This document shows, in pieces, positions 24,601 through 38,609 of a DNA stretch of 64,000 nt. The translations under genes were made by a program, and so were the position numbers. Position 1 is the stretch's first letter. Each line of letters opens with the position of its first letter. The notes under the pieces were generated by a model. That model was given only the letters and a program-made list of their open reading frames with translations, searched no databases and was not told the DNA's origin. Source of the DNA: Camelus ferus (lineage: Eukaryota). The stretch spans positions 57,104,001-57,168,000 of the forward strand of contig NC_045707.1 of NCBI RefSeq assembly GCF_009834535.1, written 5' to 3'.

Positions 24601-27600
24601 CCAAGTAGTGTGCTGGTTAATGTCCATCCTCATCCTTCAAATACAAGATCAAATGTTACCACCCTGTGATACTGCTCCAACTCTTACCAGAGTGAAAGGG
24701 GAGTCTTATTACCACCCACCCAGCTGTGAATGAGTTCTTCCTAGAAAGTATCCTTTCCAAAGAGAACATTCTTAAGAGGGAAGAAGGAAAACAGAGGCAG
24801 CAGTGATTCCTCTGTGCATGTGTGTGTGTGGAAGGGAAGGCATCACAGTGCTGAGAAGTCCTTAGACAGCTAATGAAGGAAGAGAACATCCATCACCGTG
24901 GAAGGTAAACATTCCTTCCATGTGACATACAGAATTCCCAGGTAAAGGATGGCCTACATTCACTGCTCCCGCAGGAATCCCCATGGTAAAAGAAATAACC
25001 TGAAGACATTTAATTCCTGCTCCCTACAGAATTCTGGAGTTAGATCCCGACTTTGCACTTGCAGTATTTCCTATGAGGTCTTTGGGCTTCGCTTGAGATC
25101 TTCCTAGGAAGATATACTTTGCATCTCCCCAGAAGAGGCTGATTAGCCATAATTTCTTTCTCAGTGGGCAGACACAAGACAGGGTAAGAAATGTGAGTTC
25201 TAGCTGTGTAACTTCTAATGATGTTTAGATTCCCATGTCGAAAATGAGATAATAGCTGTCCCACCGCCTAGTTCACTATGTTGCTGTAAAGCTAATAAAA
25301 GACCCTACTAAAATCTGTAGAGGAGATTTAGAAAGGAACGGGATTACAGTTACCTGCCATCCTTGGTTATTCAAAGGATAAAGTGGTGAAGGAAAGCTGT
25401 CCTGATCCTCCCCCAAGACTGCAGCGCAGTGAGTGACCGAATCACTCCTGCAAAATTGTAAAGATGTGAACAAACATCATTAAGGACCAAGTGCTCAATA
25501 TCTGGAGGCTGAGAAACCGGCAGGCACCAGGGTGAAAGCCACGCAGACAGGACCACCCTCCAGCTCCCTCAGACCCCATCACTGCCTGCAGGGACAGGCC
25601 AGCAGGACACAGCAGGAAGCAGACAAGCTGCACTTCCAACAGCAACAAGCGTGCCTGGTCACAGAATAATGTGTGCCCACGAGCCAGGAAGAGCCAGAGA
25701 CCTATGGCTTTAATAACAGTGAGCACTGGAGGACTGAGAAAGGCAATTGCAGTTAAAATTTTCTCTCATGCCCTGCACAGTGTTGCCTGGAAATTACTGA
25801 CTCATAGTTTTATTTCTGCTCTTGGGATCTCTGCATGCAATTACATGAGCACCGTCTAAAATTCATGAACATTTTGTATTCATAGCAATTCAGATATCAA
25901 AACTTTCCTGCTAAATTAACTGCCCGCAGTAAGTTCCAAAATCAAAAGACTTTGCTGCCTCCATGCAGTTTGGTAGTTTTCTCATCTAGAAAGATAAATC
26001 CTTTGGAGGCAAGAAACCTATGAGGACTGCAGGGTCCATGTGTATTACACCCTAGGGTCCACAGTGGTTTAGGAATCACTAAAATGTCTACCCTCTAATT
26101 AAGGGATCCCCTGAAGAACAAAGCAGGAATTCCTAGAAAGCTTAACAAAAGAGTTTTAAAGAAAATCCCAGAGTGGATCAAGAGTTTTGTTTTGTTTTGT
26201 TTTTTTCAAAATTACCACATTACCACTATTTCTGATTTGGGGATGAGTCACTGTAACGTGATAAAATGAATCGTTACATTTAGTACATTGTAAAGCTTGG
26301 AAATATGATTACAGCTTGAGATTTTAAAGAAACTGCCAGAGACAGATAATTCCCAATGTCATTTACACTATTCCTAATGGATTTTATAGTGAAACAAGAA
26401 GCTCTAGCTGTATTTACAGAAAGCAAACAAATCTGGGATTAAAACAATGAGACATAATTTTTTTTTTACTGACTTATTTTAACGTAATTTGAGCCCCAAA
26501 CATTTCAAATATTCCAAGCAGATTTTTCCCCCTTATTCTTTCTAATCACTACAAGTACAATTAGTGAACGTAAATAGCATTAGGGAATATTGTTCTTTCA
26601 AAGAACAGTCCACTTAATTATTATACAAGTAATAAGGAAAAGTGTGGGCATGAATAATTGAGAAGAATGGACATCTATCTCTTTGTCTGCTGGTCTCTCC
26701 CAGGGGTAGCTTTTGATGCCAGCTTACTTTTAAGCCCCTCATGGACAGAGTCATTCTTATTATTGGTGGTTTTACCTCATATCCATGCAAAAATAGTAAA
26801 ATATGGCAATACACCACGTAAACTTGAACTTTTTCTGAAAAAGGTTATACTTTTGCTTTTGAAAACATATGGAAAGAAACTACACCCATAGTTTACCATT
26901 AGTTATTATTTCTCAACAATCATTGTACAGATTCAGGAATCAAACTTGAACATTATTTGCAGATAAAATGAAAAAACTATGAAGGCTAAATGGACAATGG
27001 AGTTGTTATGATATTCCATTAAATATATGTTCATTCAATTAAATATATGTTCATTTTGATTATACATTTCTCAAATTTAGGGGTCATTACAATTCTTACA
27101 GGTCAGACTCTCGATATTTTGTGAACCTCTGGACACTGTATATAATTCCTAATCAAACACCTTTTACAGGTCACCAAGTGGTTCTAGGGCCCCAGGTAGT
27201 TGGTTTCTGGAAAGGATGCTGCTTTTCAGACCACAGACCTTCTTTAGAATATGTTCTACATGGAAAAAAATGATTCTCTACTCAAATTACACACTGTTTT
27301 TTTTTTCTAAGCCACAGTAATTTTTATTGTCAAGGGTGTGCTTTTTTCCTTTCCTTTAACTCAATTAAACACATATGTCTTATGTGCTCTTAAAAAGCAT
27401 CCATCAGCCATTTTCCATATGAATGACGTGTCCCCTTCAAGGCACACAAAATCGCTACAGACTAGTACAAACAAGTCTTCTTGATAGATATTAAATACGA
27501 AAGCATCCTCTGCGTACTTCAAGCAGCTATTGGGATGCATGAATAATTTTCAGGTCAACCAGTCAGAGTAGAATGGCTATTGGAGATGAGGGTTTCAAAA

Positions 27601-28999
27601 GGAAATCCTGGCTCTCACAGATAAAAATGAGTTCTGAAATAAGGATTAAAGACTGTTCTCTTTAAAAAAAAAAAAAAAAAAAGAGAGAGAGAGAGATCTT
27701 GGTGGTAACTTTTTTTTTAAAATTATTTCTAATCCGTACCTTTTGAATACAATGATACCTAGTTTCAAATACCTAGTTTCACTATTAACTTAAGGGAGGA
27801 ATCAAAGTCCACTGCATATCATAATATATTGGATCGTCAAATAATTTATAATGAAATTTCAGAGTCCTGGATCTGTACCATAAAATTCCCTGTTTAGGAA
27901 CAGAGAGAGAAGAAAATCATTCTGAATTGGTGACAATCTAAACCACAAAATGCTTTAAGGCAATAGTTGTGTTATTTTCAAGTACTTGAAGTAACAATAA
28001 TGGCTATGAGGAAAAAATTACAGTTTATGTGCTTTATTATTTTTGAATGGATGTGGGGCGATGCCACCAATAATGTGAGTGGCAGGATGCATGAGGGGTT
28101 TAAAACCGTACTGGCATCAAATGCCACCTCTGGGATCTTGCAAACATTGCTTTATGAAATAAACGACTCATTTAGAGTTAGGGGTTATATAAAAATGTAA
28201 GCCCCGAGCGTGCTTTTAACAGCTCTTACAAACCATGTGCTTCCCTGAACATCCACCCACAATCTTGCTCAGTTTAATGAATGCTTCAACAAACACTCCC
28301 TTTGTCCCCAATACCTTTCCCCCAACAGGGGAAAGATTTCAACCAGCTCTATGTTAATATGGATTCCGAGTCAGAAAAATATAAATTCAAATGACATATT
28401 CAGTATTAATCTTTTTCATTTGCCAACAATATGTCTTAAAATTTAAATTAAAAAGACATTATGAAGGGATTACACGTTTACTGAGAACAATAAGAATCTG
28501 AGAAGTGCATCTCCTCTATTAGATTTTTGTAAGGTTAAATAATTCTACCTGAAAAAAACATACTCTTTCTAAAATTACTGTTTTTCATTTAATTTTCACA
28601 GAAATGACAATGTTTTATCAACCTGAGAAAAATTTTATACCAATATGAGAATGATAAGTAATAAGAATTCTTTTGAATTAATAGGAAAATAAAACTTTTT
28701 TAAAACCACATGCAATGTTCTTTATTCATAATAGCTCATTCTGGCAAATTCTACTACCTTAAAACATATTGGTAAAGATGCCAATATTATGCTAACCAGA
28801 GGCACTAAAACACCCTATATCAATCATTAAAATAATGTCACATCCTGTGTGTCTCCAATGTACTCAACTTCCATTTCAGCTTCCACTAGCTTAACAGTTT
28901 TAAAGTATTGATTTAATCAAGGTAAACCAGAATATTTTTTACTTCAAATTTTAGCCCTTTATCTACCAAATGAACAATGATGAAAACTGTTAGCAAGGA

Positions 29000-29420
29000 A
29001 CTGTGGTCCTTGATGAGTTAGGGGTTATATATTATGCTACTATGTGACCCAGTAATTACACTTTTAGAAATTTCTACAATTGTAATTATCAGAAGAAAAG
29101 ACAACACAAAAAGGATATTCAATAGAGCATTATTTATAATCATAAATAAAAAAGACTAAGAGGCCTAAAAAGAGGTTGATAAATATTTTCAACAGAGTAA
29201 AATTTGAAATGCTTATGAGACAGAGCTAAGGAGAAAAAGGAATACATGAGAGTAAGCCAGATTTTTTCAACAACCTAAAATGCTTGTCAAAATGTAAAGT
29301 TATATAGATTACAAAGTTAACAGTATTGCCGACGGGTAGGAGTACAGAAACTTTACTTACTTCTTTACATTTTTGGTACTGAAGTTACCTTCATCATGAA
29401 TGCATTGCTCCTATGATCAG
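29000..29420 (+). mobile_element. Highly decayed L1ME-like 3' fragment
   Basis: tgtgacccagtaattacacttttagaaattt and aggatattcaatagagcattatttataat resemble the L1 ORF2 end / 3'UTR. Confidence 0.45.
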
Positions 29421-29653
29421 AAACCTTTTTAAAGATGCAAGACTTCTCTTTTTAAAAACTTGTACCTTAATTGGTTCCATTTTATGGGATTTCCATGTTT
29501 AAATTACAAGAGTTGACACTGAATATTCTCAAACAACACACAAGCCTCTTCTGCAGCCTCCTCACTAGCAATATCATTGCAACCACTCATTTTTCTTTAT
29601 GTTATATACCAATTCTTGCTCTTGTAAATAGCAGCATTGCAAATTTTGCTTAC

Positions 29654-29717
29654 TTTACCACAATATTTCCTAAACACCGAGCCTTCAGCTTTTGCATGTT
29701 GTCATCCAAAATCATAA
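29654..29717 (-). CDS. ACSS3: ACSS3 exon 11
   Basis: 64 nt, ttttactttgcag / gtaagc. (V)MILDDNMQKLKARCLGNIVV(K); phase 1 start, phase 2 end, consistent with neighbours. Confidence 0.95.
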
Positions 29718-31449
29718 CTGCAAAGTAAAATATAAATAAATAGATAAATAATTGAATAAAAATAAACAACCTTAAGGCTTAAACGTTGCCATATTTTCCA
29801 TATTCAATCCCCCAAAATTCTAGCTTAAAAAAGTCATCCTTTAATTCCTGTGAGACCATGCACATATATAAACAAGCTAAAATGTATCACAGAAAATATA
29901 AGGACTACATACTTTTGACTTCTAATAAGATAAAGAATTTTCCTTCAGAACCTCCTTTCAATAAAAACAGTATTTCAGACATGCTGGTAATTTTAAAATC
30001 TATGTTTATATCTATTCAAATATATCTTTCCATTCTGTCAAAAATATAAAAATATATGTTCAGCCTGCCAAAAATTAAAGAAAACAAAGTTTTAAAATAC
30101 ACCAAAAGTTTTTTCAAGCAATACAAATAAAGAATTTAAAAGTCTGCAAAACCCTTTTTTTTTTTTCTGATTTAAGGCTTAATATCCACTTATGACCCTT
30201 AAAGGTCAATTTAACCTTCCCAAATATTATTCCAATGTTTTCTGTGCTATACTGTCAAAATCCTCAAAGATGTTAGGAGACCAAGGCTTGTATCCGCATG
30301 CAGTACCCTTAAGTACAAACCAGAAATGAGACTATATCATCATGTTTTAAGCTTTAATAGATCCTTTATGTGACTTCATCTGTCCCAGTTTTTCTACTGA
30401 AAGAAGTTCTGAGAAAGAAGAAGTATTATTCCCAGAAAAAATTAATTGTTCCCATCTTTGTGTTCCCAGAGCAATTTGTTTTAAAATTCTATTCTGACAA
30501 TTATGAACGCTGTAGATATCTGTCTCTCAGTAGGCTGTGAGTTCGTTGAGGGTGGAGGTCATGATAATTCGTCTTTGTTTCCCCAAAGCCCAGTACAGTG
30601 GCCAATTTACCATGCGCCCCTGAACACGTTCTGGTTCTGTTACCCTCCGATTTCCCCATCTAGAAAGTGGAAATAATTCCCTCCTCACAGTGTTGTACAG
30701 TAATTACTTGAAAAAAAATACAGTGACGACCTTGAACAAGGTACTCTATGAATGTGAAATTAACTGTTATATTACGTTGAGTGTTTTTCACACCAAAGCT
30801 GGTTTTCTTTCCTTTCCCCAAAGAATACTGCTTTTTATTATAATATTAAATGTTACATTATACTTTTGAATCTCTGACTAGCCACAAAATAAAAATCATG
30901 AGTCATAAAGTCATTATTTCCTTTGTCATAAATACTTTAGTGCTAGTGTTTAAGCTGTGCTGTCTGTAAACCAATGGCTTTCAGACAATGAGAAACTTCT
31001 GTACTGAAATTCCATGAAGCATTAAAGCTTTAACTCTTTCTTACAACTGGATATAAAAATGATCCTGAAACACTGAAAGGGAAATGTATTTAACATCTCC
31101 CACAGTCATCAGCCCCTAAAAATGGCTCAACACTAAAGTAATTTTTCTGATCAAAGGAAGTGGAGATGACCGAACTGCTCAGGAGGATTTCACTAAAGCT
31201 GGATTCAACTCCCCATGCCTGGTGAAGTCACTGACTTCACAGAATGTCTATTTTTGCTCTTAAAAAAAGATCTTAAGTGGCTTTTTATAAATGTATCTGC
31301 TAGGCTAAACCAAATGATCCTTAACCAGTCATTGTCCTAGAAGGAAAATATAATATTTTTCTGTTAGAGAAGCAAGTGACAAATCACTAAATTTGATAAT
31401 TTACATGCAAATAGGAACTGCATGCAGGAATCATATCCCGTTTCCCAAA

Positions 31450-32220
31450 GCTGAGCTGAAGCTAAATTGTGTGACCTTATGCAAATAACATAACTTCTGT
31501 GCCTCATTTTCCTCGTCTGTAAAATGAATGTGTAAATCTAAATCAGGTCAGTCCCTCTGGCTTCTCTGAAATATTCATAACACTACTAGGTAAGACTTAG
31601 TCCAGTCCTGCTAGCAGGCGCTTGTGCTAATGCTTCATTGTGTTTCATCACAACACAGCAACCCTATGAAGGGCATAAAGATTATCATTCCCATTAAGAA
31701 CTAAGGAAACAACGTTTGACTTGTATAACCATGTATAACTTACACAAGTCACCTTATACAAGATGTACAACTAAGAAGTGAAATCCAGGGGAAATTATTG
31801 AACTATTATAATCACTACCAATAGTTTAAAAACAAATATGGAAGAGATACTGTATCTCATAGTGCCAGTATGGATAAAATTATTTTTCTTTTTTAGAACC
31901 CTTACTCTTTATATTTATTTTTTAGCTAACAAGGTTCAAAAGCCTTATCATCACTCTAAATTAAAAGGTAGCATATGTAATGGGAAAAACTGCAGATTTT
32001 ATAATGGAAACGAACAAACAAAATAAAACACAATGGTTTGCACTATCTTTAGGACCTAACCAGCTGTGTTACTTTAGGAAAGCTATTTAGTCTTTCTGGG
32101 CACCAGCTAACTCATCTCTAAAATGGGAATAATATCTCTAAATTAAATATACTTCAGCATTAATTGAAATGATGTATGCATAGTACTTGGTACCCAGCAG
32201 GCATTCCATACATATTAACC
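31450..32220. mobile_element. Cluster of MIR fragments in both orientations
   Basis: tgtgaccttatgcaaat...gcctcattttcctcgtctgtaaaatg (about 31470-31526); antisense acagcaaccctatgaag...attatcattcccatt (about 31655-31780); gctgtgttactttaggaaag...ctcatctctaaaatgggaataata (about 32060-32220). Confidence 0.6.
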
Positions 32221-32483
32221 TCACATCCATATCCTTAACGTGCCTTATATTGTGACAGTCATTTAGAACATGTCCTTAGAAGTCTACAAACTTACTTTTG
32301 ATCAAATTGGCTCACAATAAAAGTTATTATAAAAGGTTTTACACTTTTAATACAAGGTATTCACTGAGTCAAATACTTATTAAGTACCTAGTATGTTTCA
32401 AGCAATATGATTCACAGTAAACACAGAAAGATACCATATTTTGTTAACATTATATATTTCAAGTAATCAGGGTCATTTCTCAC

Positions 32484-32579
32484 CATTGTATCCTGGAACA
32501 CTTTTTCCTGCTTGCCCTGGAGGAGGTGATTTAGAATTACCTAATCCAACGCATGACGCTGTAATTGGGGATCCAGTCT
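32484..32579 (-). CDS. ACSS3: ACSS3 exon 10
   Basis: 96 nt, atttctccag / gtgaga. (E)TGSPITASCVGLGNSKSPPPGQAGKSVPGYN; completes the WWQTETG motif with the preceding exon. Confidence 0.96.
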
Positions 32580-35261
32580 CTGGAGAAATAAATATTATTT
32601 ATCATTTAACGTTTCAACTCGAGATCATGATGTTTCCTCAGTGCCTGCACTGCCCCTCTCCCTCCACAGAATTTCACTGCATGAGGAACAGATAAATAGT
32701 GCAAATGTACTATTTAAAAGTGCAAAAAATCCAGTAATTTATATAACATCGACATTTTTAAAACTTAAGGACACAAATTCAGAATAATATATACAGTAAC
32801 TGCTTCTGTTAAAGAAAAGAAAGGCTTCTCTAGTGTTTCCAGCTGTGCAGCAGCAGGCATGAAGAACGGAGAATTATGCGACTGTGAGAGTTTTACAACA
32901 CATGTTAAAAACTAAAAAATCTCTATAAAAGATGGTTTTTCTTAATTTGCCTAAAGTTATTTTATCAGGGTCAATAACAGCAAAGGGCAAAATATTCCTG
33001 TAACCTTTAGCTCAGTCTCTGGAATAGGTAACCCAAAGATTTTTTTTAAAGTATGTGAAAACACCATACTCTAAATTTTAAGAACTACATTTGCCTAGAG
33101 ACCTCACATCTAAAGCTGAATTTATCAATGCTTTATCAAATTGCTCTTAATCTGTTGCTCCTGGATTTTTGAAGGCCCAAAATATAGGAAGGAAGCTATT
33201 TATGCTATGCTGATTACTTCCTTAAGACCAGACACTTATCCACAATTAGCATGCATTGATTAATGCAAATGTGAAACCTGTCTTCTCTGTCTCAAGTTGT
33301 AACAGAATAGCTATTACATGATAATCGTAAGTTCTGAGAGTGATAATTTTTATAAAGGAATGCATTTGTATTATTAGCAAAAACAAGTTTGGAGTTAACA
33401 GAGTATTTTAAATATGAGATTTGTATTTGTGGAGGGGCAGGATGAGAGAACACTGACAGTGAAAAGTTTCATAACTACAGGCTTAATGTTATACACATAA
33501 ATGTGAGTATTAAGGGATTAATTGCCAAACCAATCAGGTCAAAAGTAATCCAAAATATTAAAAACATCTATCTTCCTAAGGACGCAGAATGTATTTCCTC
33601 CAGTCTGGTCTCCACCATAATTTATCATATATTTACATCACTTTCAAGTGATGAGAAGAATTTATTACTGTTCTTTACCTTCCAGAGTAGTTCAGTTTAT
33701 TATCCCCATGTTATGGATGGTGGCTCAGCCGACATCAATAACAGAAGATGGACTCTTGAACACTAAAACATGGTTCCTAGGTCACGGTGCAGAGCTTAAC
33801 GTGCTAAGCCAGATGGTCACCGCTAAGGAAAAGTGGCAAGTAACCAGAGCAGGCAGCTGATGTTTAATGGAGAATTCTCAAATATTCTCATATCATGACA
33901 AAAAATGGAAAGGGATTTTGTGAAATGGTATTCTAACAGCCACGGGACACCCTGAGCATTCTCCCTACAGCATAAGCAAAGCATGGGAGGAAATGCGCAT
34001 GTTTGGAAATTTAACATTTTTCCCTTTGCCTTTGGGAAAATGCCTTAAGCCCACACCTTAGCTAGCCTTGAAAACTGGTAAGAGAGACAAGAGCAGTGGT
34101 GAGAGAGGAAGCAGTCCTGCAGAGAGAGGTGCTTAGAGGAAGGTACTCGGATAAAACAGGGTGACCACAGAAAGAGAAGCTACCAGGACATGTTAGAAAG
34201 GAGATAGCGCCTTCAAGATGGTTCTGTTCCCCCTCCCTCCCAGCTGAGAAGCAGCTGCTGAAGTAAATCTGCTATTTTTAAAGTATATCTTGTCAAGTTT
34301 AGTTGATCAGTAGGGGCACTCCAATCACTTAAAGTTCAAGCTCTCGACGTTTCTTAACACCATAAGGCCTCTCAGCCACTTGTCACCACACGGCTCCAGA
34401 ACCTACAAATGTACCGTCTGGTGATTCTAATTCCTATCAATGGTTCTGGTACCTGCTGCCTAAAACAAACAAACAAACAACCCACAACATGAAACCAACT
34501 GCACCCCGCTTCATCGCATCTCAGTGTGGATTCTTATAAAAGACGCTGCACTCTGTTCTTCCTGTAACATTGGGAGGAGGGAAGTGAGAATGAAATGAAG
34601 CTAAAGACACTAGAAAGTGAAGTGCGGTCAGTGTCTACTGCCTCAGCTGATCTTCTTAAGCATCGTCGTATAGTGATTACACATTAAGAATCTTTCAGCC
34701 TTCAGCTGTTTTGTTGTAGTTTACGACCGTAAAACCACCATGAATTTTAAGAGTCATGAAAATGAGGCCGCCCCTCGCTCCCTCATCTTCAGAGATGGCC
34801 AACACTCTGTCACTCCATCCACTTTTACTCTAATCTGAGCACCCGACGCCCACACCTCTTGGCCTTTCCCGCACCTTCGGAAACAGCCTACATTCTATGT
34901 AGTACATATCTCTCCAAATAAATCTACCTTTACTCAAAAAAAAAAAAAAAAAAAAAAAAGAGTCACAACAATCAGTATCCATTTAGTTACTTAAAGTAGG
35001 TAAGTTTATACTTTGAACTTTAATGCAATTTGAGTATCTCGTTGACCTTATTTTGACATTCATTTAGGGGATTAGAAAAAGAACTGTTGGTGGTGACACG
35101 TACAAAGGATACAGTCAGACGAAAGGGTAGTTCCTAGGATTCTAAGCAATCTAAGGAGCCACAGTTGCGACAAAAGTGGGATGAGAAAGACCACAATGGT
35201 TGTTACAGAGACAGCCATTTGGCTTCCTCTCTTTATACCTCTGCTCGTCCTGAGACCCAAG

Positions 35262-35400
35262 AAGCGATCCATCTGCGCCACAGGCGCACAGACGCCCGCT
35301 CGCACGCTCAGGCACGCAGACTGCGCAACCCCCGGCTCTCCAGCTGCTCCACGTGCAGGGCAGGCTCCGCTCCCGGAAAGCCCCAGGCATGCTGCGCTCC
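35262..35400. promoter_or_regulatory. Small CpG/GC-rich element in an ACSS3 intron (candidate enhancer or alternative promoter)
   Basis: A dozen or more CpGs in about 140 bp against a CpG-depleted background; E-box CACGTG at 35350-35355; several GCGCA/TGCGC motifs. Confidence 0.45.
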
Positions 35401-36254
35401 TTAATCAAACTTCAGAGGGCTCCCACAGCCCCATTTCAAAGATGCTCTAAAAACATCTGCCTCACCCTGCCCAGGCTGTAATTAACCGGCTAGCAGTTAT
35501 CTAGGCAGACAGGAAATCCAGATGTCATGTTTTGACTGGGAAATAGCTACACTGAACAAACCAAAACATTCTCTTTGAAGAGGAGAACTGGACACTTCAT
35601 TTGAAGAAATCTTTCCAAAGGTGCCCAACCTGAGAAAGACACAATATTCAGCAATTTTCCAGCATAATTTCCTTAGGGAAGAGAAAACTGGGAGGCAGAC
35701 AGCAGGAAATTGAAGGTTGCGAAGAATAAGCTACTTTGGTATGTTTATATTCACACTGCGTTAGAAGCTAATACAGACACTTCACTATTTTTTTTTAGTA
35801 TTTTTCCTGCCTCACCCCACCTTATTGCATTAGTGAGTTGTAACCTAAATGAATTTTTCTTAAAACTTCTAACTCCAAAGGAAGAAAATGAAAGAGAATT
35901 AATACATATATTTTTTCCAAATATGAATTATGCCTTGTACCATGTGCTAAGTGCTTTTTGTTTATATTATTGCATTTAAGCCAACAGGAAGAAAAGGAAA
36001 TATTATTTTTTTCCAGATGAGAATTCCTGAGGCCTAGGATAGAAAATTTAAGCCATTTCCCTTGCTTCACATTGTTTTCAGAGAAGGAGAACAATGGCAC
36101 AGATGAGGAGTCCCTTGTGAGGTTCTCATGTAGAATACAGACGATGAGTAGGAAATGGAACTCACCCAGACCGCATCTCAGCAGAGAAAGAAAAACCCTT
36201 GTGACAGGAAGTGAGCCCAGTCTCTCACACACGCAAATGGAAGGAATGGTGATA

Positions 36255-36850
36255 CGTAACACTTATTACCAAATGTCTATGAGCAGCTATTATGTGGTAC
36301 TGTCATTCAAACTGGATAGAGCAATAAATGCAAGTGCCCAAAATTCCTACCCACGTGGAGCTCACATTCTAACTAGGGGAACAAACCACAACAACACAGG
36401 AAAGTACAACATATAGCATGTTAAAAAGTGATAACCACTAAGAAAATAAAGCACAGACAGGATATAGGATGTGAAGGGAAGGGATTGCAATTTTAGATTG
36501 GGTGACCAGAAAAAACCTCCCTGAGAAGTGCATTTGAGTGAAGACCTAAAAGAAGTGAGGGCACGTGCCTCATACATATCTAGGGACAAAGAATCCAAGA
36601 GGAAGGAACTGCAAATGCAAAGATCCTGAGGTAGGTTTATTCCTAGAGTATTTAAGGAGCAGTGGGGCAGCCAGTGTGACTGAAGCAGAACAAATGAGGA
36701 AAGTGTTGATAAGAAATACGATCAGAGAGGTAGTCAGGAGACAGATTGCATAAAACTACTTCAAAGTCCTCGTAAGACCTTAAGTTTTTCTTCTGAGTGA
36801 CTCTGCAAGCTAATGAGGGCTTCTGAACAAAGAAGCTGATGAACCATAAC
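36255..36850 (-). mobile_element. LINE-2 fragment
   Basis: L2-type motifs tggagctcacattctaactagggg, gagaagtgcatttgagtgaagacctaaaagaagtgagg, gcaaatgcaaagatcctgaggtagg. Confidence 0.75.
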
Positions 36851-37119
36851 AATGCAAATAAAATTTACTTAAATAGTTAAGCCTCATTTAGGTTCTATGA
36901 TCAGGTTTATTTTATTTGGGGTTTTGAGAGAGATATGGGGGAAATATGAACAGGTGGAAGCTGTTTTGGAATGGTTGGGTAACGACAGGAACCTGTCTTC
37001 CTGAAAGTAGGAACCCATTCACATGAGAATTCACTAGACTGACAAAAAGACTAGAGCCCAGTTAGGTGGCAGATGGGAGACAGCCTGCCCACACAAACCG
37101 AAGACAATCAGTTTTGTTA

Positions 37120-37610
37120 TATAAGTGTTAGTGTGTCTATAAATCAATACAGCATTTCTAAAAGGCAATTTTGCAATTCTTATAAGAAGCCTTAAAAATG
37201 CCAATTTTTCTAAAAACCCTTAAAGCCTCCTCATAGCCTTTAATACAGTTGTTCCACTTTAAGGGATGTGAACAATGAGATATTCGTAAGAGTTCACACA
37301 TATCAAGTGCCAAGGATGTCTGTCATAGTATTATTTATATTAGAGTTTAAAAGATTGTCCAAAAAATAGGAATTATTCCATATTAAGGAATACTGCAAAG
37401 GCATTCAAACACCATAGAAAAATGTCCAGCCAAGATAGGAAATGATTCTCACCAAAATACTGTTTAGATAAAAGTTATGAAACAAAATGTACAACATGAT
37501 ACAATTTTTTGTAAATAATATACATTGGGCAAAATAAACATCTTGGCAAGATACATATAAAATATTAGCAGAATTTCTGGACTCCATTTCTGAATGGGGA
37601 GCAGAGGGGA
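37120..37610 (+). mobile_element. Decayed L1ME-like 3' fragment
   Basis: aaatcaatacagcatttctaaaaggcaattttgcaatt and gttccactttaagggat resemble the L1 ORF2 end. Confidence 0.5.
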
Positions 37611-37657
37611 AATTATATTCAAGAGTTCAAAGGCTACATCCATAGCCTTTAAATCTG

Positions 37658-38206
37658 TCCATGGTGAAAGACTGAAGGTGGGTGCAATTTGATATTCCTT
37701 CTACCTACAGGTGGGTTCCATGTCCTCTCAACTTCAATTTGGGTCATCTCTTGATGGCTTTGAGTAACAGCAAAGAGTGGAAATGATACTTTGTCAGTTT
37801 CTAGGCACAGGTCGGTCTTAAGAAAACCAGAACACTCTCAGGAACCCGTGAGCCGCCATAGAAGATAGTCGGCTACTCTGAGTCTTCCAAGCTAAAAATG
37901 CCACTAGCAAGCATTCCAGACAGAGTCCTAGATGAGTCAAGCCTTCGGCCTAGTCCCAGGCATGACAGTGAAGCCATCTTGGACCCTCCAGACTAGTTCA
38001 CTCACCACACAATACTGCCTGAGTTGTCTCAATCAACAACACTTGGAGTACTAAATCCCTAGCTGATCTCTGCTGTATCTTTGACCCATAAAATCCTGAG
38101 ATATGGTGGCTATTTTAAGCCACTAGGTTTTAGAGGTTTTTGTTTTTTGGGGTTTTTTTGGTTTTTTGTTTGTTTGTTTGTTTGTTTGTTACACAGCAAA
38201 AGACAC
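37658..38206 (+). mobile_element. MaLR LTR (MLT1-like) with an internal (GTTT)n expansion at about 38137-38190
   Basis: gtgaagccatcttggaccctccagac and the 3' end ttttaagccactaggttttagaggt...tttgttacacagcaaaagacactggaatac are typical of MLT1. Confidence 0.8.
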
Positions 38207-38609
38207 TGGAATACTTGCCATTAAAAATGTTACAGAAATCTTTCAAAAAGGAATTGTGCATGTAATTATATGAAAACATCCCCCTAGCCAACAGCTGAAA
38301 TCAGGTTCTTCTAGTGCGCTTTGAGAATCATTTGTATCAGCAGGACCTGAACACCGTCCAATCCCTGACATTTTGTGCTCAGAAAATGTTCGCTGACTAG
38401 TAAATGCATCCTTATATAATTTTAGGTTCTGATTCCCATTATTAAGAACAGGGATCTTAAAAAAATAAACAGCAAATCACACAATGCAACCCCAAAATGA
38501 ACCAGAGAGCAAGAGAAACAGAGGACTCAGGAAAGGGAAAAAACTGTATGTTACTGCTGTAATTCTGTTACGATCTTTTTCTTATTCCAAGAACGATATT
38601 CAAAGGTCA

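Noticed and set aside
35072..35450. Four overlapping ORFs over the CpG-rich patch
   Set aside because: High GC lowers stop-codon frequency; no recognisable domain.
35822..36416. 146-aa minus ORF (longest in the track) and the overlapping 114-aa plus ORF
   Set aside because: No recognisable protein features; partly overlaps L2 remnants; length compatible with chance in 64 kb by six frames.
37059..37073. CTCF-like motif ccagttaggtggcag
   Set aside because: Only the 3' half matches the consensus; not supportable without ChIP data.
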